This document shows positions 11,401 through 24,355 of a DNA stretch of 64,000 nt, in pieces. The notes under the pieces were generated by a model. It searched no databases and had not been told where the DNA came from. It saw only the letters and a list, made by a program, of their open reading frames with translations. The translations under genes were made by a program, and so were the position numbers. The stretch covers positions 17,050,001 to 17,114,000 of the forward strand of contig OZ059896.1 in NCBI GenBank assembly GCA_964057225.1, written 5' to 3'. Source of the DNA: Auanema rhodensis (Eukaryota > Animalia > Nematoda). The first letter of the stretch is position 1. Each line of letters opens with the position of its first letter.

Positions 11401-14400
11401 GTTCGTCAACAAGAGACACCAAGAAGAGATCCAACAAGGGATTCAACTTATTCAACGAGCTCCAATCAGAATTATCTTCAAAGACATAGTGAATATACAA
11501 CTTCTACAAGACCTATTGATTATCGAAATTCATCCGGATATAGGACATCAGCTCCGAAATATGATTATTCGGTTACTCGTTCCCCACCCTCAGCATATAA
11601 CAATCATCATAACGTACACTCTGGAAGTAATAGGATCTCAAACACAGAATACAGTTCAGCACCAAATGATAGATATAATCCATTTGTATACAAAGAATCT
11701 AGTAGTTATCAGAAAAATTATATAACATCCACATCAACACCTACTTCCACAAGCCGCACATTTCCTATGACTACGACAACTACGACAACTACTACATCCA
11801 CATCTTCTCCATTTCCGACGTCAATGGCTCATCATCAAGAATCTCGAATTGAATTCCCGACAAAATTCCAGGCGAAGAATCCAGCATCAAGTGAGTTTTT
11901 TTTTCGCAAAGTTCATTGTTCAGTACAACTATTTAAAATCTTGTGGGTTTCCTTCTTTTGTCTTTCCTATTGCGCATGAAATAACTATTTTTTTCGCTTG
12001 AATGATTTGTTCCATTTTATTTCAAAATAAAATTGAACTTTCAACCTCCAAAATTTGGAAAAAAAACTTCGGAAAAGTATATTTACCTGTGTGTATTGCG
12101 AAACTTCTATTATGACTTGTATCTTGTGCTCACTTCTCTTCTCATAACTGGCTATTATGTAGCGGATAATAATATTTCTGATATAAGCATATCTTCCCCT
12201 GCCCTTTTTTCTTTTGCCACAGATATTCAACTTCAATTTTGTCTTTTTAATATTGGAAAATCGCTTTTTTTCAAAATCTGAAAGCATATCTACTTGTCGG
12301 AATGTGTCAGAGTGTGATGAATGACAACTTAAACAACGAGCTAGACTTTCAGATAGCTTTTTGTACAATTTCGTTTGAAAAAAAAATGCACCTTATGACA
12401 CTATGCATGGATCGTTTACTGTCAATAATACGAAACATTGAGAGATTGTCACTATCTCAGCTTCCTTTCTATGGCAAATTTATGTCAAACTCTTTAGATC
12501 TTGGCCTTTTGTGTGGCTATGATCAACATCAAGCATCCAACTAAATAGCTAAACTAGCCTGCTTATAGGCCCACTAATTGAGACATTTAGACAATTTTCC
12601 AAGTTTGAAAATAGGTTTCCGGATGGCAAGTTAAAAGAGAACGTTTGTCTGAGATCCAGTCAAGAAGCTGAAAAAAAAATAAAAGAAAACTTAAAGTTGC
12701 TGCACTTCTTCGTTAAGAAATTTGTTGGAAAATTCATTGAAAAATATAAAAAATCCAATATATTATTTTGGCTTTTTCCACATTTTTGAAAACGTTTTAA
12801 TGGAATTCTTCAGTTTTTCTGGACGACATGAAAAAAACCAACAAAGTATAGCTTTGTCTGGAAATATCTCAATGAGAGTGCGAAAGTGGAGAATACTCCA
12901 TTCGATTTTTTAAAATAAATTATTGAGAAAAAATGCTTATTCTCTGCTCTACTACTCTATTTCGCTACTTCTGGAGATTGAATTGCACATGATGAACCAC
13001 ATATCTGACCTTCTTCACACATACACTTCAGTTACAGGCATCATTACGATCATCTTCAATCTGCTCCTAATTTTGCTTCCCCTCATCATCATCATAATTG
13101 TTAATGCCGCCGGTCGTCGTTGTCCTCGTTGCTGTGTCTTGTCGTCTGCCTCATCAACAGAAGACGTGGTCACAAAAAGTATGCTGCAGCAAGCTCAGAC
13201 ACAGCTGCAGCAGCTCCGTTCGATTCAAGTTAGAGCCGTCTTTTATTCGTCTGACTGAATAATTCAACTTTGGCTGCTGGTCCATGGGTCTGCTTGACTC
13301 CTGGCTTTATGGCGTAAGCGGTTCTTTCGTCTTCTCTGTCGTTCATTCATCAAGTCTCAAGATTGTCATGCTTTTCACAGCAAAATATTGAATCGACGAT
13401 TAAAGAGTCGTTACAAAGTCCTTGAATATCGGTTTTATGGTTTATAAAAAGAAGCATGGGTGCAAGAAGTTAAAAAAAGGACAAAAAAGATTAAACATTT
13501 TGAAGAACAGATCATTCTACTTTGATCTTTCTCTCTCCTACTCAGTAAGCTCCGTCAGGCTCTATTATGGCAACCTTTTCCGCTTTTTTTTAATTTTCAA
13601 CTCTATGAAACTGGAATCGTTTAAAAATAGTGTTGAAATACGCATATGAGACTTTTATAACCAAATAATCTATGAGAAATATATGAGATTATTCTGGAAT
13701 AAGTGGCCCAAAATATCCGGAGGCAATACTTAAAATCGGTCGTTCGAAGTTTTGAAATGATGCTCGTCTGGCAGTCCCCGACGAGCTCCATCAGGAGCAT
13801 CATGATCGAAATAGTTTTTTTCTTTATTCCTTCACCTCTCGAACCACCATTTCCCATCATCTGAGCTCTCAACGGAACTTTTTCACGAACAATTCGTCCG
13901 AAATGGCATCGGCAAGCAAGGCGTAGTTGTCTTTCGGAGGAAGATTGTGCATGGAAGAAGAAAAGAGGTAAATCGGTTAGAAGTGCTTTCAATAAAATTT
14001 CTTAAAGAAGCTGTTGAAATACATTAGAAGCAGATGAAAGGAGGGCGAAATATAATGATGACCAAAAAAGGAGTAGGCGGAAGAAGCTTCAGACAATTTT
14101 TCTTCAGGAGAAGTTCGGCGAGAAAGATAAAAAGACTAGATGGGAGGAGAATCGAAATGAAAAAAAAAGAATAAAGACGAGAAAAAAATAGGAGAGAATG
14201 AGAGAGTTATGTGTTGAGAAAGTTATATAATGAGAGAGAGGCGCGAGACAGACAGACGGATAGAGGGGGAGAGAAGGAAAGAGAAAGAGAGAAGCAACAT
14301 AAGTTGAAGAAGAAAGCTTTTGACAAAGGGGCGGGACCAATGCTGCGCTTGCACAGCATCAACTAGCTTTCCCTCTTTCTCCTTCTTTTACCCCTTTTTC

Positions 14401-16157
14401 TTCTGTCGCCTGGTGGTACGGGTCTTCTGGTTTGCCGTTCTCGTCTCCCATCTCAAGACTAGGGTTGTCGCAACCATTGCTGTTACTTTTTATTTATTCA
14501 TCTACAGTAAGCTAGGATATTCTTACGCACGTCTATGAGCAGACCGAGACGAGCACGTATTCGATTGGTTCTCTCACCATCTTATTCATCCAACGACAAC
14601 GGCATTACACGGAAGCGCGTGTTACCGGAGCAGCAACATCAGCACGATAGTGACCACGCGGGCAACACGTCGTCCGATCGTCTGCGGTAGCAGAACTCAG
14701 GGACAGGCGTGTTTGAAGGTGTTCACGTCGACCCCATCCCATCAGCAAACCTTTCCACCAAATTCGTCTACAGCATCACAGTCGTTGTCGTTGGTATCTG
14801 AATCAACAGCACCTGTTGTCAGGCTTCTTGCATCCTCCAATTATTATGTTTCTGAATCATTATTCAGCATTTCTATACGTTCCCCTACGAGTTTCAGCAA
14901 AAGTATTAAGAACTATATACGGTTTTTACCAAATCGTATGATTTGCCATGTGTTCGTATCGTTACTAATTATTTGTCACATTAATTCTGCAGCTGCTGTT
15001 CATCAACTTCCACCAGGTTTTTATATTTTTACGTTAAATGTATTCGTTTCTTCTGATATTATTGATAATAGTCTTACTTGCTTCATAACTAATACTACTT
15101 GTTCCATTTTTGCTTATTTACGTTTTTGTGAGGCTTAAATGCTCATATATACCGGTATAAAGACAAAACACAGACAAAAACATACAAAAACTGAGAGAAA
15201 GAGAGAGACGAGAATGAGGCCGGAAGCGGAAAAACGGCTGCGGGTGGTTGTCTTCCTGACAATTGCATGGATGAAACTTGGAAAGCACTAGTGTGAAGCT
15301 CCCCTTGAGGCTATTTCATCGTCCCCTGGTGGTCGAATGTTTCCGAAAAAGTGCCCATTGGGGTTAGAATAGGAACAACTCAGCCGAGCAATCAATTAAT
15401 CTGAAGATATGTTGTCAAGTAATGCACAAACTGACCTCCTTCTTCACTTCTATCCATATTCGTTTTTTCTCCGTGCTCACGTATGTCTTGAAATTCCAAT
15501 TTTGCCATCACGTCCGCGTCTGGCCACGAATTGTTTTCCCCATTTCATTTTCAGGTCTAGGAGAAAATACGAGTCAAGAAAAGAGACTTTCTTATCCTCA
15601 CTCACTCACTCTCTAAAATCTATCTAGTTTTTTCTCTCTCCCTTGCTACTAACCCCTACTACTTCCTCACCCATTTTTGGAAGTAAAAATCTTGGCTGTG
15701 AGCATATAGAACACCTAATCGAGTTCAGTCATTATTGTTTGAAATCGTCTATAGCCTTGTATGTTGTTTAATTCTTCGTTTTTTTTTTGTTTTGAACCTA
15801 ACAAGAGGACAAATAACTCCAAGAGTCTGAGTAAGAGTATTGAGACTCTCCAGTTTTCATAGCATTTTTCTTTTTTCCTTCCCTTTCTTTCTCATTTCTT
15901 CTTTTTTCTCTCTTTACTTCTTATTCTTTTGGGCTTAGAGATGTCCCACATTGGTCGAGCTGGATGGGACCCAACTCCTGCAACCAAAAGGCCTTAAGAT
16001 GAGTAGATGGTGACTGCGGGGAGTAAGAATAGAGTACATAGTAGCTACTTCCAGCGATGAAGTGAGCGGAGAAGCGAGAATGAAAAAAAAAGGAAAAATG
16101 GGACTGCGGGGTATAGATAGGCGATAGTGAGAGGGATAGTGATAGTTAAGTAAGTTA

Positions 16158-16215
<58 letters not shown>

Positions 16216-16761
16216 GGACTACAAGTAGAGAAGAAAAAATTACAAGAATGAAAAACAAAATTAAAGTTGTTTTATATAATTACCTTTAGTTTCGGATAGA
16301 AGCCACATTGATACTTATGACTTTTATTCAATCAAATATATATTATTTCATTTGTAGTATTCTCCTATTTACATGTAAGAATAGGAAAAATAATTTAGAA
16401 TACATTTGAAATTTTCTTTTCTTTTTGTATCGCTAATTCAATTATTTTCATTTTTTTTTCTGCCTTAGCTTTTTTAATTTTTGTTTCAATCTATTTACTG
16501 TATCTGTGACAATAGGAAATTTGAAAAAAGAAAGAGTTGAAAAACAAAAAAAAACAAAGAAAAATGAAAAATCCATTTTTCCAAATTAGAAATTATAATT
16601 TCAGGTTCAAGTTGCCAATTAGCTCTAAGCAAATGTGATCAAACTGAAGATTGTCGCTGGCATTTAGGTGAACTACGTGTACGCTGTGCTAGACCATCAT
16701 GTCGTCGCGAAGATTGTGCTGCGGTAATATTTCAATTTTGAAATGCTTTTGCACTCAAAGG

Positions 16762-16797
<36 letters not shown>

Positions 16798-19700
16798 TTC
16801 ACGTGTGTTAATAGCACGTGAGAGTCGACATGTCTACCATTTTTGTTATTTTCACGTTTTACATGCAAACAATCGGTTGCTTTTAGCAAGAGGAAAATTA
16901 ATATTTGTCTCTTATTCGATAAAAAAACTTTTTTTCCTGAGCGTTTTTTTGTTTGTTTTTTTAAATTTTATTCACTACTTATCCCTTTCTTTAGAGTACT
17001 TATCCTTTTGCTCCCAACCTATTTATAAATGCCAACTTTTTTTTCGAAAAAATTGTTTGTATGAAAACTAAAGTTCATTATCTTTTTCTTTTTCATTTTT
17101 TTTTGAAGTTGCAGCTAAAGTTCTGTTTTTTTTTTGTTTTGAATGAAAAATAGCCAAAACACTCTAAAAGGAAAGAAAACACTAAATTACTGCTTCATAG
17201 TTAATCAACAGATGTTGCTGCTTCTAGTTCTACTATCTCAAATTCAATGTGTGAAACATCTAGCCTAGAAAGAATAAACTAGAATCAAGATTCGTTTGCA
17301 ACTTCTAAACACTGTTTTCATAGTTTTGTTTTGTTTTTTCCTTCTGTTTTCTTGAACGTTTCTGCGTTGAGAACGGAATGGATGATGAAAAGAAGGAAGG
17401 ATAGAGAGATTGGAAAACTTTTGTTAAGCTACATGAAGCTATTTGAAACTAATAACAGAAATTCCCATTTTTCAAAGTAATCATGATTTGTTATTCTTGA
17501 AAAAAAGTTTCAAAACAAGAGAAGTTTGAGCAGTACAGACGGAAAGGATTGAGAAACAAGAATGGAATAGGTTGAAATAACTGGTGCTGAGCCGCTAGGA
17601 AGAGAGTAAAAGCGATGTAGATGAAGAAAATAGTGAATAGATACTTTGTTGTCTTTTTTTAAATATTGAGGAACAGAAGAAAAGCTAGAAAAAATGGAAA
17701 AAAACCTGAACAACAAAATAAAAGTAGCATTGTTTTTCAGGCTTTACAACGGTTTTCACGATATGTGCCATACGAACTAGTTGAAGCAATTATGTTTTGT
17801 CAATGCTCTGCTTATGATGTTAACTGCTCAGAGCATCAGGTAACGTTTCATCTATTAATCAAAAAAATTGTATAATGTTGTTGGGTAAAGAAATTCGGCT
17901 GTGTAACCTCAGTGAATTGCGGCCAAGTTTGTCTATATTCCTATTCCAATTTAGAGCACAATATTGAAAAAAATTCATTCGTTGCAACTGAGAAGATCAG
18001 ATTAAAGGTTAAAAAACAATAGAAAAATGCGTCAAAACTTGAGCAAATTCGGTTAGACAGCGCTTCAAATTGACTTTGATTGAAAAATATCTACCAGAAA
18101 CTTTTTTCAGCCTAAAATCGAGCAGCATTTCCTTCCATTTTAATAGTGTGCATGTGATTGATTCGAGGGTCACTGAGCATTATTTGAAAAGTGGATATTG
18201 CTCTTTATTGGAAGTCATGTGTCAAATTTAAATTGAATACTAAAAAGAATAAGTTTATTGAAATAAATTGAAAAAAGAAAAGGATAAGCTGATGAATATC
18301 ATAAGCTGTTTCTTCTTATCTGATTTAGTTGTATACAAATAAAGTATCAAAATAATGTGTAAAAGAGAGGGAAGGTAAAAAAGGAGTTAAATGAGAAAAA
18401 TAGAGTTTTCGAAATCTAAATCTTCTTATATTCTCACTTGTATATTCATTGGTACTTTCATCTTTTATCATGCTTCAAAATAGTTTTCACGTAACATTCT
18501 CAATTCTACGTGAGATTTCAATGAAAGCGTTTGCAAACTTATTCTTAATAATTCATTTGCACTGAATGGTTGTCTTCTCTCACAACTTCCTTCTAAAATC
18601 TTTTCATTTCCTTGTTGTCGTTTTTCTATTTTTTTTATAGTCAACGAAAAGCAATCATGTTCAGAAATCTTGAAAGATAAGATAAGAGATGTTTAATTAA
18701 GTGAAAACTATTGCATATGTATTCAAATGCCTATAGTCCATGCTTCTAAACATCTTTTTACATACAAAAAGTAAACTTTCAGGATGTCCTATATCCAAAA
18801 TGTCTTTATGCTTCATCTCAACCTGTCCCAACTTGTACCCAAACAAATCGCAAATGTGAAGCTGATCCAAAGTGCAGGTAAGAATAAAATAAGCATAAGA
18901 AAACTTTTTTTTTCATTTTCCTTTTTTTCCAGACATTTATTACGCTCAGTCGCCAGTTTCTGTCCAGTATCAAATGGTGAATGTATTACATCAAACTTAA
19001 CTCAATGTAGGCAAACTCTGTTAACTGCTAGGTGAGTAAGTCATAAAGCTTGTAAATGCTTATGGATATACATAAACTTTTTTTGTTTTATAAGTATTAC
19101 CTAATACTTTTTCTCAGCATATAGTATATAGTAGTGTATAGTTAGTGCATATAATTAAGCCTTTTCAGAGCTTCTATACTAGAACAACCATGTTTTTGCC
19201 CATTTTCTGATGTAGAATGTATATCATATCAAAGATTAATGATACCAAATAATCCTTGTATAGGTATATTAATTATAAAAACTATTGGTTTTTCAAGCTG
19301 AATAACCGATTTTGTTTTCAGAAAAATCTATGTTAGATTACTCGCGTGTATATCTACGTCCGTTTACTACTAGTGCACATACAACTGAAAAAACTCCAAG
19401 TAATTTTGAAACAAATAGGGTACAAGATATTCTACCATTATATGTAAGCTATAATATAGTTTACTTAATTATATATGTATGTTTATTTTAGAAATCTATT
19501 GATGATAAGAGTTACCGAGTTGGGGAAGAACATGGAAAGTCATCGAAAGTTAGGCCATTAACAACCTCAACAACAACTCAACCAATGACAACAACATTAC
19601 CAGAAGAAGTTGCAAAGCAATCTGGGTACGAGATGACATTGAAATAGATAGTTTTATTCAACTATGTTTGTTTTGTGTTTAGAAGGAAAACGACGAAAAA

Positions 19701-20885
19701 GTTTCGTACTACTACAGCCAGTCCTCCTACAACATCTGAAGCCCCTCCACCATGGATTACAACGACTACATCTGCTCCAACCACGACAACAACCTTCATG
19801 ACCCACGCACCTCCTCCTCCAGGTATCAAGAATTTGAAAGAAGGCTTAAATTATTTGGGTTTTCACTTTAGAAGGTTGCACAACAAGAGATGCTAATGGA
19901 CGATGGATTTTTGCTCCAGTGGGAACAGTTATTCGTCGTTATGTAGATTGGTCAGGACGTTGTTCATCCTGGTGTGAATGTGTTGATGAGAATGAATTAG
20001 CTTGTCAAGTAGTACCATGTCTAGAAGAAGGACGATGTGAAGCTCCGTTAACATTTGTTGGTTCGTTTCTTTTCATTAATTCTCTGTAATGTCTGCTTTT
20101 AAGAATTCGGTGAACGAATATTCTTGAAAGATCGAGGAGCTTGCTTCTGTGAATCTTCACAATTCATTTGTGAATATCCAGAAGACATACCCGAACTTTA
20201 TCCAGGTTAGAGCATAAACATAACGCACTTACACCACTTGTTCTAGGATTGTATATCTCAGCTGGTTACTCAGGCCTTGATGTAGAGATGCTTCGAAAAG
20301 AGGTTCCATCTCATGTTCTTGAAAAAGCCGGTTTCTTATCAGCTGATGGTGCCACTGATATTGCAAGTCGGCTTCAAATAGCTTTTGAACGTCTATTGCC
20401 TGATGTATTATCAAAACTCAATTACCTGAATAATCATCTATTTTCACAGGACATTCAATGTCGTGTAGTACTTTTACCTGAACTCAGTGATGTTGGAAGT
20501 GCTTTTCTACGAGTTGAATGGTATGGAATGAATAAATTACTGAATCACACAAAAACTCAATGGCATTATGGCGATGCGGAAAAGGTATAAGCATCTAAAT
20601 CAATATAAACTTTTGTTCAATTGAATCATTTATTTAGGTCTGCTCACCTTACGTCGTAAAGCTTGCTGATCAGTTTGCTCAAGGCGATTCGTTACGGTAT
20701 CAACTAGTGTTGTCAACCGTTAAACAGATTAAAGTACATTTGAAAACCATTTTTTATCTAATATAATGAATTAATTATAGGTCATCGATTATCTGGATGG
20801 TCTGCCGAAATCGGCAGCGGCATCTGTAGTGGTCTCCATACTTCGAGTCATATCCCTTATTGTTATCATGAACTTACTTTCCTGA
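8475..20885 (+). CDS. GDNF-family-receptor-like (4x GDNF/GAS1 domain) secreted protein with S/T-rich stalks, RECK-like C-terminal region and GPI-type tail
   Basis: Signal peptide MNTPFTGIMLSIFVFSFLIQLSES after removing intron 8515-8568. Four Cys repeats of the form C..(6)C..(5)C......C...C...CxC...C...(N/P)xC: CLEHRSICLRDERC...KCVC...WNHPC; CNEALNDVCLTHVSC...NCRC...YNKC; CQLALSKCDQTEDC...FCQC...YPKC; CTQTNRKCEADPKC...PCFC...NNPC. Then a Thr-rich stalk, a Cys module at 19872-20205, and the hydrophobic end PKSAAASVVVSILRVISLIVIMNLLS* (TGA at 20883-20885). Splice phases are consistent throughout, except that the join at 10412 needs a GC donor. Confidence 0.8.
14328..14336 (+). promoter_or_regulatory. 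GC box (Sp/KLF-type) at the start of a GC-richer island; candidate internal promoter
   Basis: GGGGCGGGA is followed by about 450 bp of CpG-containing sequence, then a TTTCAG acceptor (14892-14897) and a signal-peptide exon (ATG 14938). Confidence 0.45.
14938..15016 (+). CDS. Putative alternative first coding exon (signal peptide) of the GFR-like gene
   Basis: MICHVFVSLLIICHINSAAAVHQLPP ends in a phase-1 donor CAG|GTTTT at 15016/15017. This matches the phase-1 acceptor of the GDNF domain-3 exon at 16605. Confidence 0.65.
16164..16212. repeat. (GA)n microsatellite
   Basis: Uninterrupted AG dinucleotide run. Confidence 0.95.
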
Positions 20886-21166
20886 ACACATAATTATTTC
20901 CAAATTTTAATTCTCTTTCAATATGATAGATTGAAGATATTATACGAAATTTGTTTTTTTTTTATTAAAAAAAACAACAAAATATTTATTTGAACAGAAC
21001 AGAACAGAATACATACATACATAGATATGTGTATGTATAAACATCATAACATGTCCATGAATATATATTATATATATATGTACTGAATAAGAACATATAG
21101 AAATAAGACATTCTTCTTATACTAATATATATTATATGAAATATGTATTTCATTGTTTAATCCTTT

Positions 21167-21230
<64 letters not shown>
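21167..21230. repeat. (CT)n microsatellite
   Basis: TC run with one interruption. Confidence 0.95.
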
Positions 21231-21237
<7 letters not shown>

Positions 21238-22031
21238 TCTTTCTTTCTCTTCTTTTTTTAAAAATTTTAATATTTCTAAAGAATTCTAATATTATTTCAC
21301 AGATTTCTGCCCAGTGCCTTTGACATATTTATTTTAAAATATGTTATCCTAGTATACTTGTGAAAAGTTACAAAACCAGGTCTTCTGTTTTATTATTATT
21401 ATTTTATTTTATATTGTTTAGTTAAAGTTCCATTGGCTAGAATAAACATTGTTTTCTGAAAATTTCACTTCCTTATTATACGTTAACGCTTAGTTTCCAC
21501 GTGTGCAATGACGTGAACTGTGAATACACGTGAATATTTTTCCGGAATGTGATTCATTTTCACATAAGTTGTATAGAGAGCGGTTGAATATACAAATGTA
21601 GTAGAGCATAATATAGTATTTCGAATTAATATGCTGTCGTGGATTTAGTGTGTATGTCTGTCTGTTGATAGATGAACGATATTCAGTTCTCGAAAATGCG
21701 TCAACAATTTTTTTTTCATTTTCTTAAACTTTTTTTTCTTGACAATATGAAAAACAAAATTTTGTATTCTTTCTTTTCAACTTCTAATGAGATTGCAAGC
21801 ATTTTACAGCCGTCAGATAATTATAAGAGCTACTCTCTACAATCTGCAAATTGCTCTTTTTTTTCTTGATTTTCAGCATTTTTTGTTAGTTCTAATAAAT
21901 AATTACATTCAAACATGTAGTCGAGTTGTAAATATCAATAGAATTTCTTCTTTTTATAAATATAAAAAACAAATGTATCTTTATTTTAATTTAAAAATTA
22001 GCAACTTCATAAAGTATATTGAAGTCTAATA

Positions 22032-24355
22032 CTACACTTTAGAGTCTTCATGTTCTTCTTTTGACTGAGAGGTTAAAGGATACATCAGTGAATTTTTGGG
22101 TGCAGGAAGCATTTTTTCTTCTTCTTCGAACAGATCATTTTTCTTTTTCTTTTCCGGTAAACTCTCAGGTAAAACAGTTCCTTTGGTTTCCGGAAGAACT
22201 ATTTGAAACAGAGCTGTATCAATGGCAGCCATTATGAATAAGAGAACATAGGGGAATGTTAAAGATGAAGATGCCTGTAAGTGAATTAGTTTTGAAACAA
22301 GGAGATAACTACTGAAGGAGACGAAAACAACTTACAAGGAATAATTGTGGGGCACAGATTGTTCCAACACGACTACAAGTAGATTTGAATGCCATAGCTG
22401 AGTTTCTGACAACGGTTGGGTAATATTCCATAGCAAGAATGGATTTTGAGATGAAAATCTGAAATGAAGTAGTGTAGGGAGTAAAAATCATATAGTTCTC
22501 ACCTGAGATGTGGTAGCTGTGGCAATAATGGTTGATGATCTGATGAATCCAGCATATTCTTCTTCAACACCTATAATCATAAATTATAATGTATAATGAT
22601 ATTAATAGATATTTATACCAAAATAGTAAATAATAGCAATGCCACCAAGACAGAAAGCAATAGTAGCCTGAGAAGTAAAATGAACAAGTTTTCTACCGAC
22701 TGTTGTATATCTGAATATGGATGAGATTATATTTGAATAATAAACTTCTGAACAGACTTATAATCCAGAACTCCGGTTATAATATTAATAAACCAGCGAA
22801 GAAGTCCCATGATAACAGAATTAAGAAATAGAGATCCAGCTAAGCCTTCCATGTTGAATACTAAACCATAGTTAATCATGCTAGTAAAGAATCTATAAAA
22901 TAGAAATATAATTAAAATTTAAAAAAAAGATATTTTTACACTCCAGAACAGAGAACAAAAGTGGCAAACGCCATTGTAGGAGTATAGAAGAGGTGACGAA
23001 TTGAATAGTTTTTCATTTTTCCTTCTTTTGCCAAATGTTTCTGATAAAGAAAGTTGAATGATGATTGGATAACAATCATGTATTACTTGATATTCAACAT
23101 CTAACATCTTTTCCATTTCTTCTTTCTTTAATTCGTTTACTTTATCAATTCGTTGAATACTTTGCATGATTTCTCGAGCTTCAGTAATACGTCCACGTTG
23201 AATAAGCCATCGAGGAGATTCATATACATAGCTGAAACATACAACAAAATATATATTCTTTTCTGTTTTTTTTTGAAAAATAGTTGTTTGACTAACAAAT
23301 ATAAAATGAACGCTGGACAACTAATAATAAGAAGAATCTGTTGGAACGTTCTCCAGTCTCCTGCTACATATGCTAAAACATAGAGAAACTTGAACTTAAG
23401 AGCATGTTTGAGCATATTTACCTATTCCATTGAGAATGATAAAGTTGGGAGCCCATGCAATTACAGTTGCTACCCAGAAACGATGCTTTTTGGGAATCTG
23501 TTCCATCTTGTACACTCCGTATGTTCTATAAGTATAGAAAAGACGAACTTTAATCTTATTTGTAATCACATTGAACGAACCCAATGACACCGCCATTGAA
23601 AAATCCTAGTATTGTTCTGAGTATAGTAAACATGGTTAGTGAGGTTGAGAAAGAGCACAGTAAGGACATAATTGACGTGAGAGTGAATGAAAACATGAGA
23701 ATCTGAAGATTCGAATGAATAAAATTTACTGGTCAACAGCCTCTAAGGTAGAAATACATACTTTTAAACGACCATATCGATCAGACAAACTTCCAAAGAA
23801 TAATGTTCCAAATAATACTCCAGTCATTTGAACAGAAATACTACTTTTAACCAAAGCTGTTTCTTTACATAAATAATTAAACTGGAAAAAAGAAAATTAA
23901 ATGACTAAAATTCAATAAATTGTTCAAGTGTTTCAAGATTTTTCAAAGGTTACTAAGGAGAGGGAAGTAGATTCTAAAGTTTAAAACTTACTTCAACGTT
24001 TATAGAAATAAATTCATGTTCGGTTTTAATTTCACAATCAGTTAATTCTCTTGGGTTTAATCCCTGCTTACAGACGTCCTCGATGGTGTAATTGTTTCCG
24101 ACACATGATACAGTTCTCGGAGCAGCCCCTAAGCAATACCTTATGTTAGGAGAGAAGTTAGGATAATGAGTTAGTATTACCAGTGTAAACCATATAGACC
24201 ATGTTTCCAGCTCCGGAGAGCAGGAGAAATTCGGAAAAAATGAGGATGAGGTAGCAATATCTGCCCATTCGCACAAAATCATCAAAAGGACGGATATTAC
24301 TCAGAGTCATCGGTTTATCTGACTCCACGACCTCATAATCTGCAGCTGAGGACAT
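22032..24355 (-). CDS. SLC22/organic cation transporter-like MFS transporter
   Basis: MSSAADYEVV...PFDDFVRMGRY, TM1, then a Cys-containing extracellular loop ending EFISINVEFNYLC. Further motifs: GVLFGTLFFGSLSDRYGRLK (MFS motif A), MEQIPKKHR, VYESPRWLIQRGRITEA, MEYYPTVVRNSAMAFKSTCSRVG and VLPETKGTVLPE. Stop TAG at 22032-22034. Confidence 0.93.
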
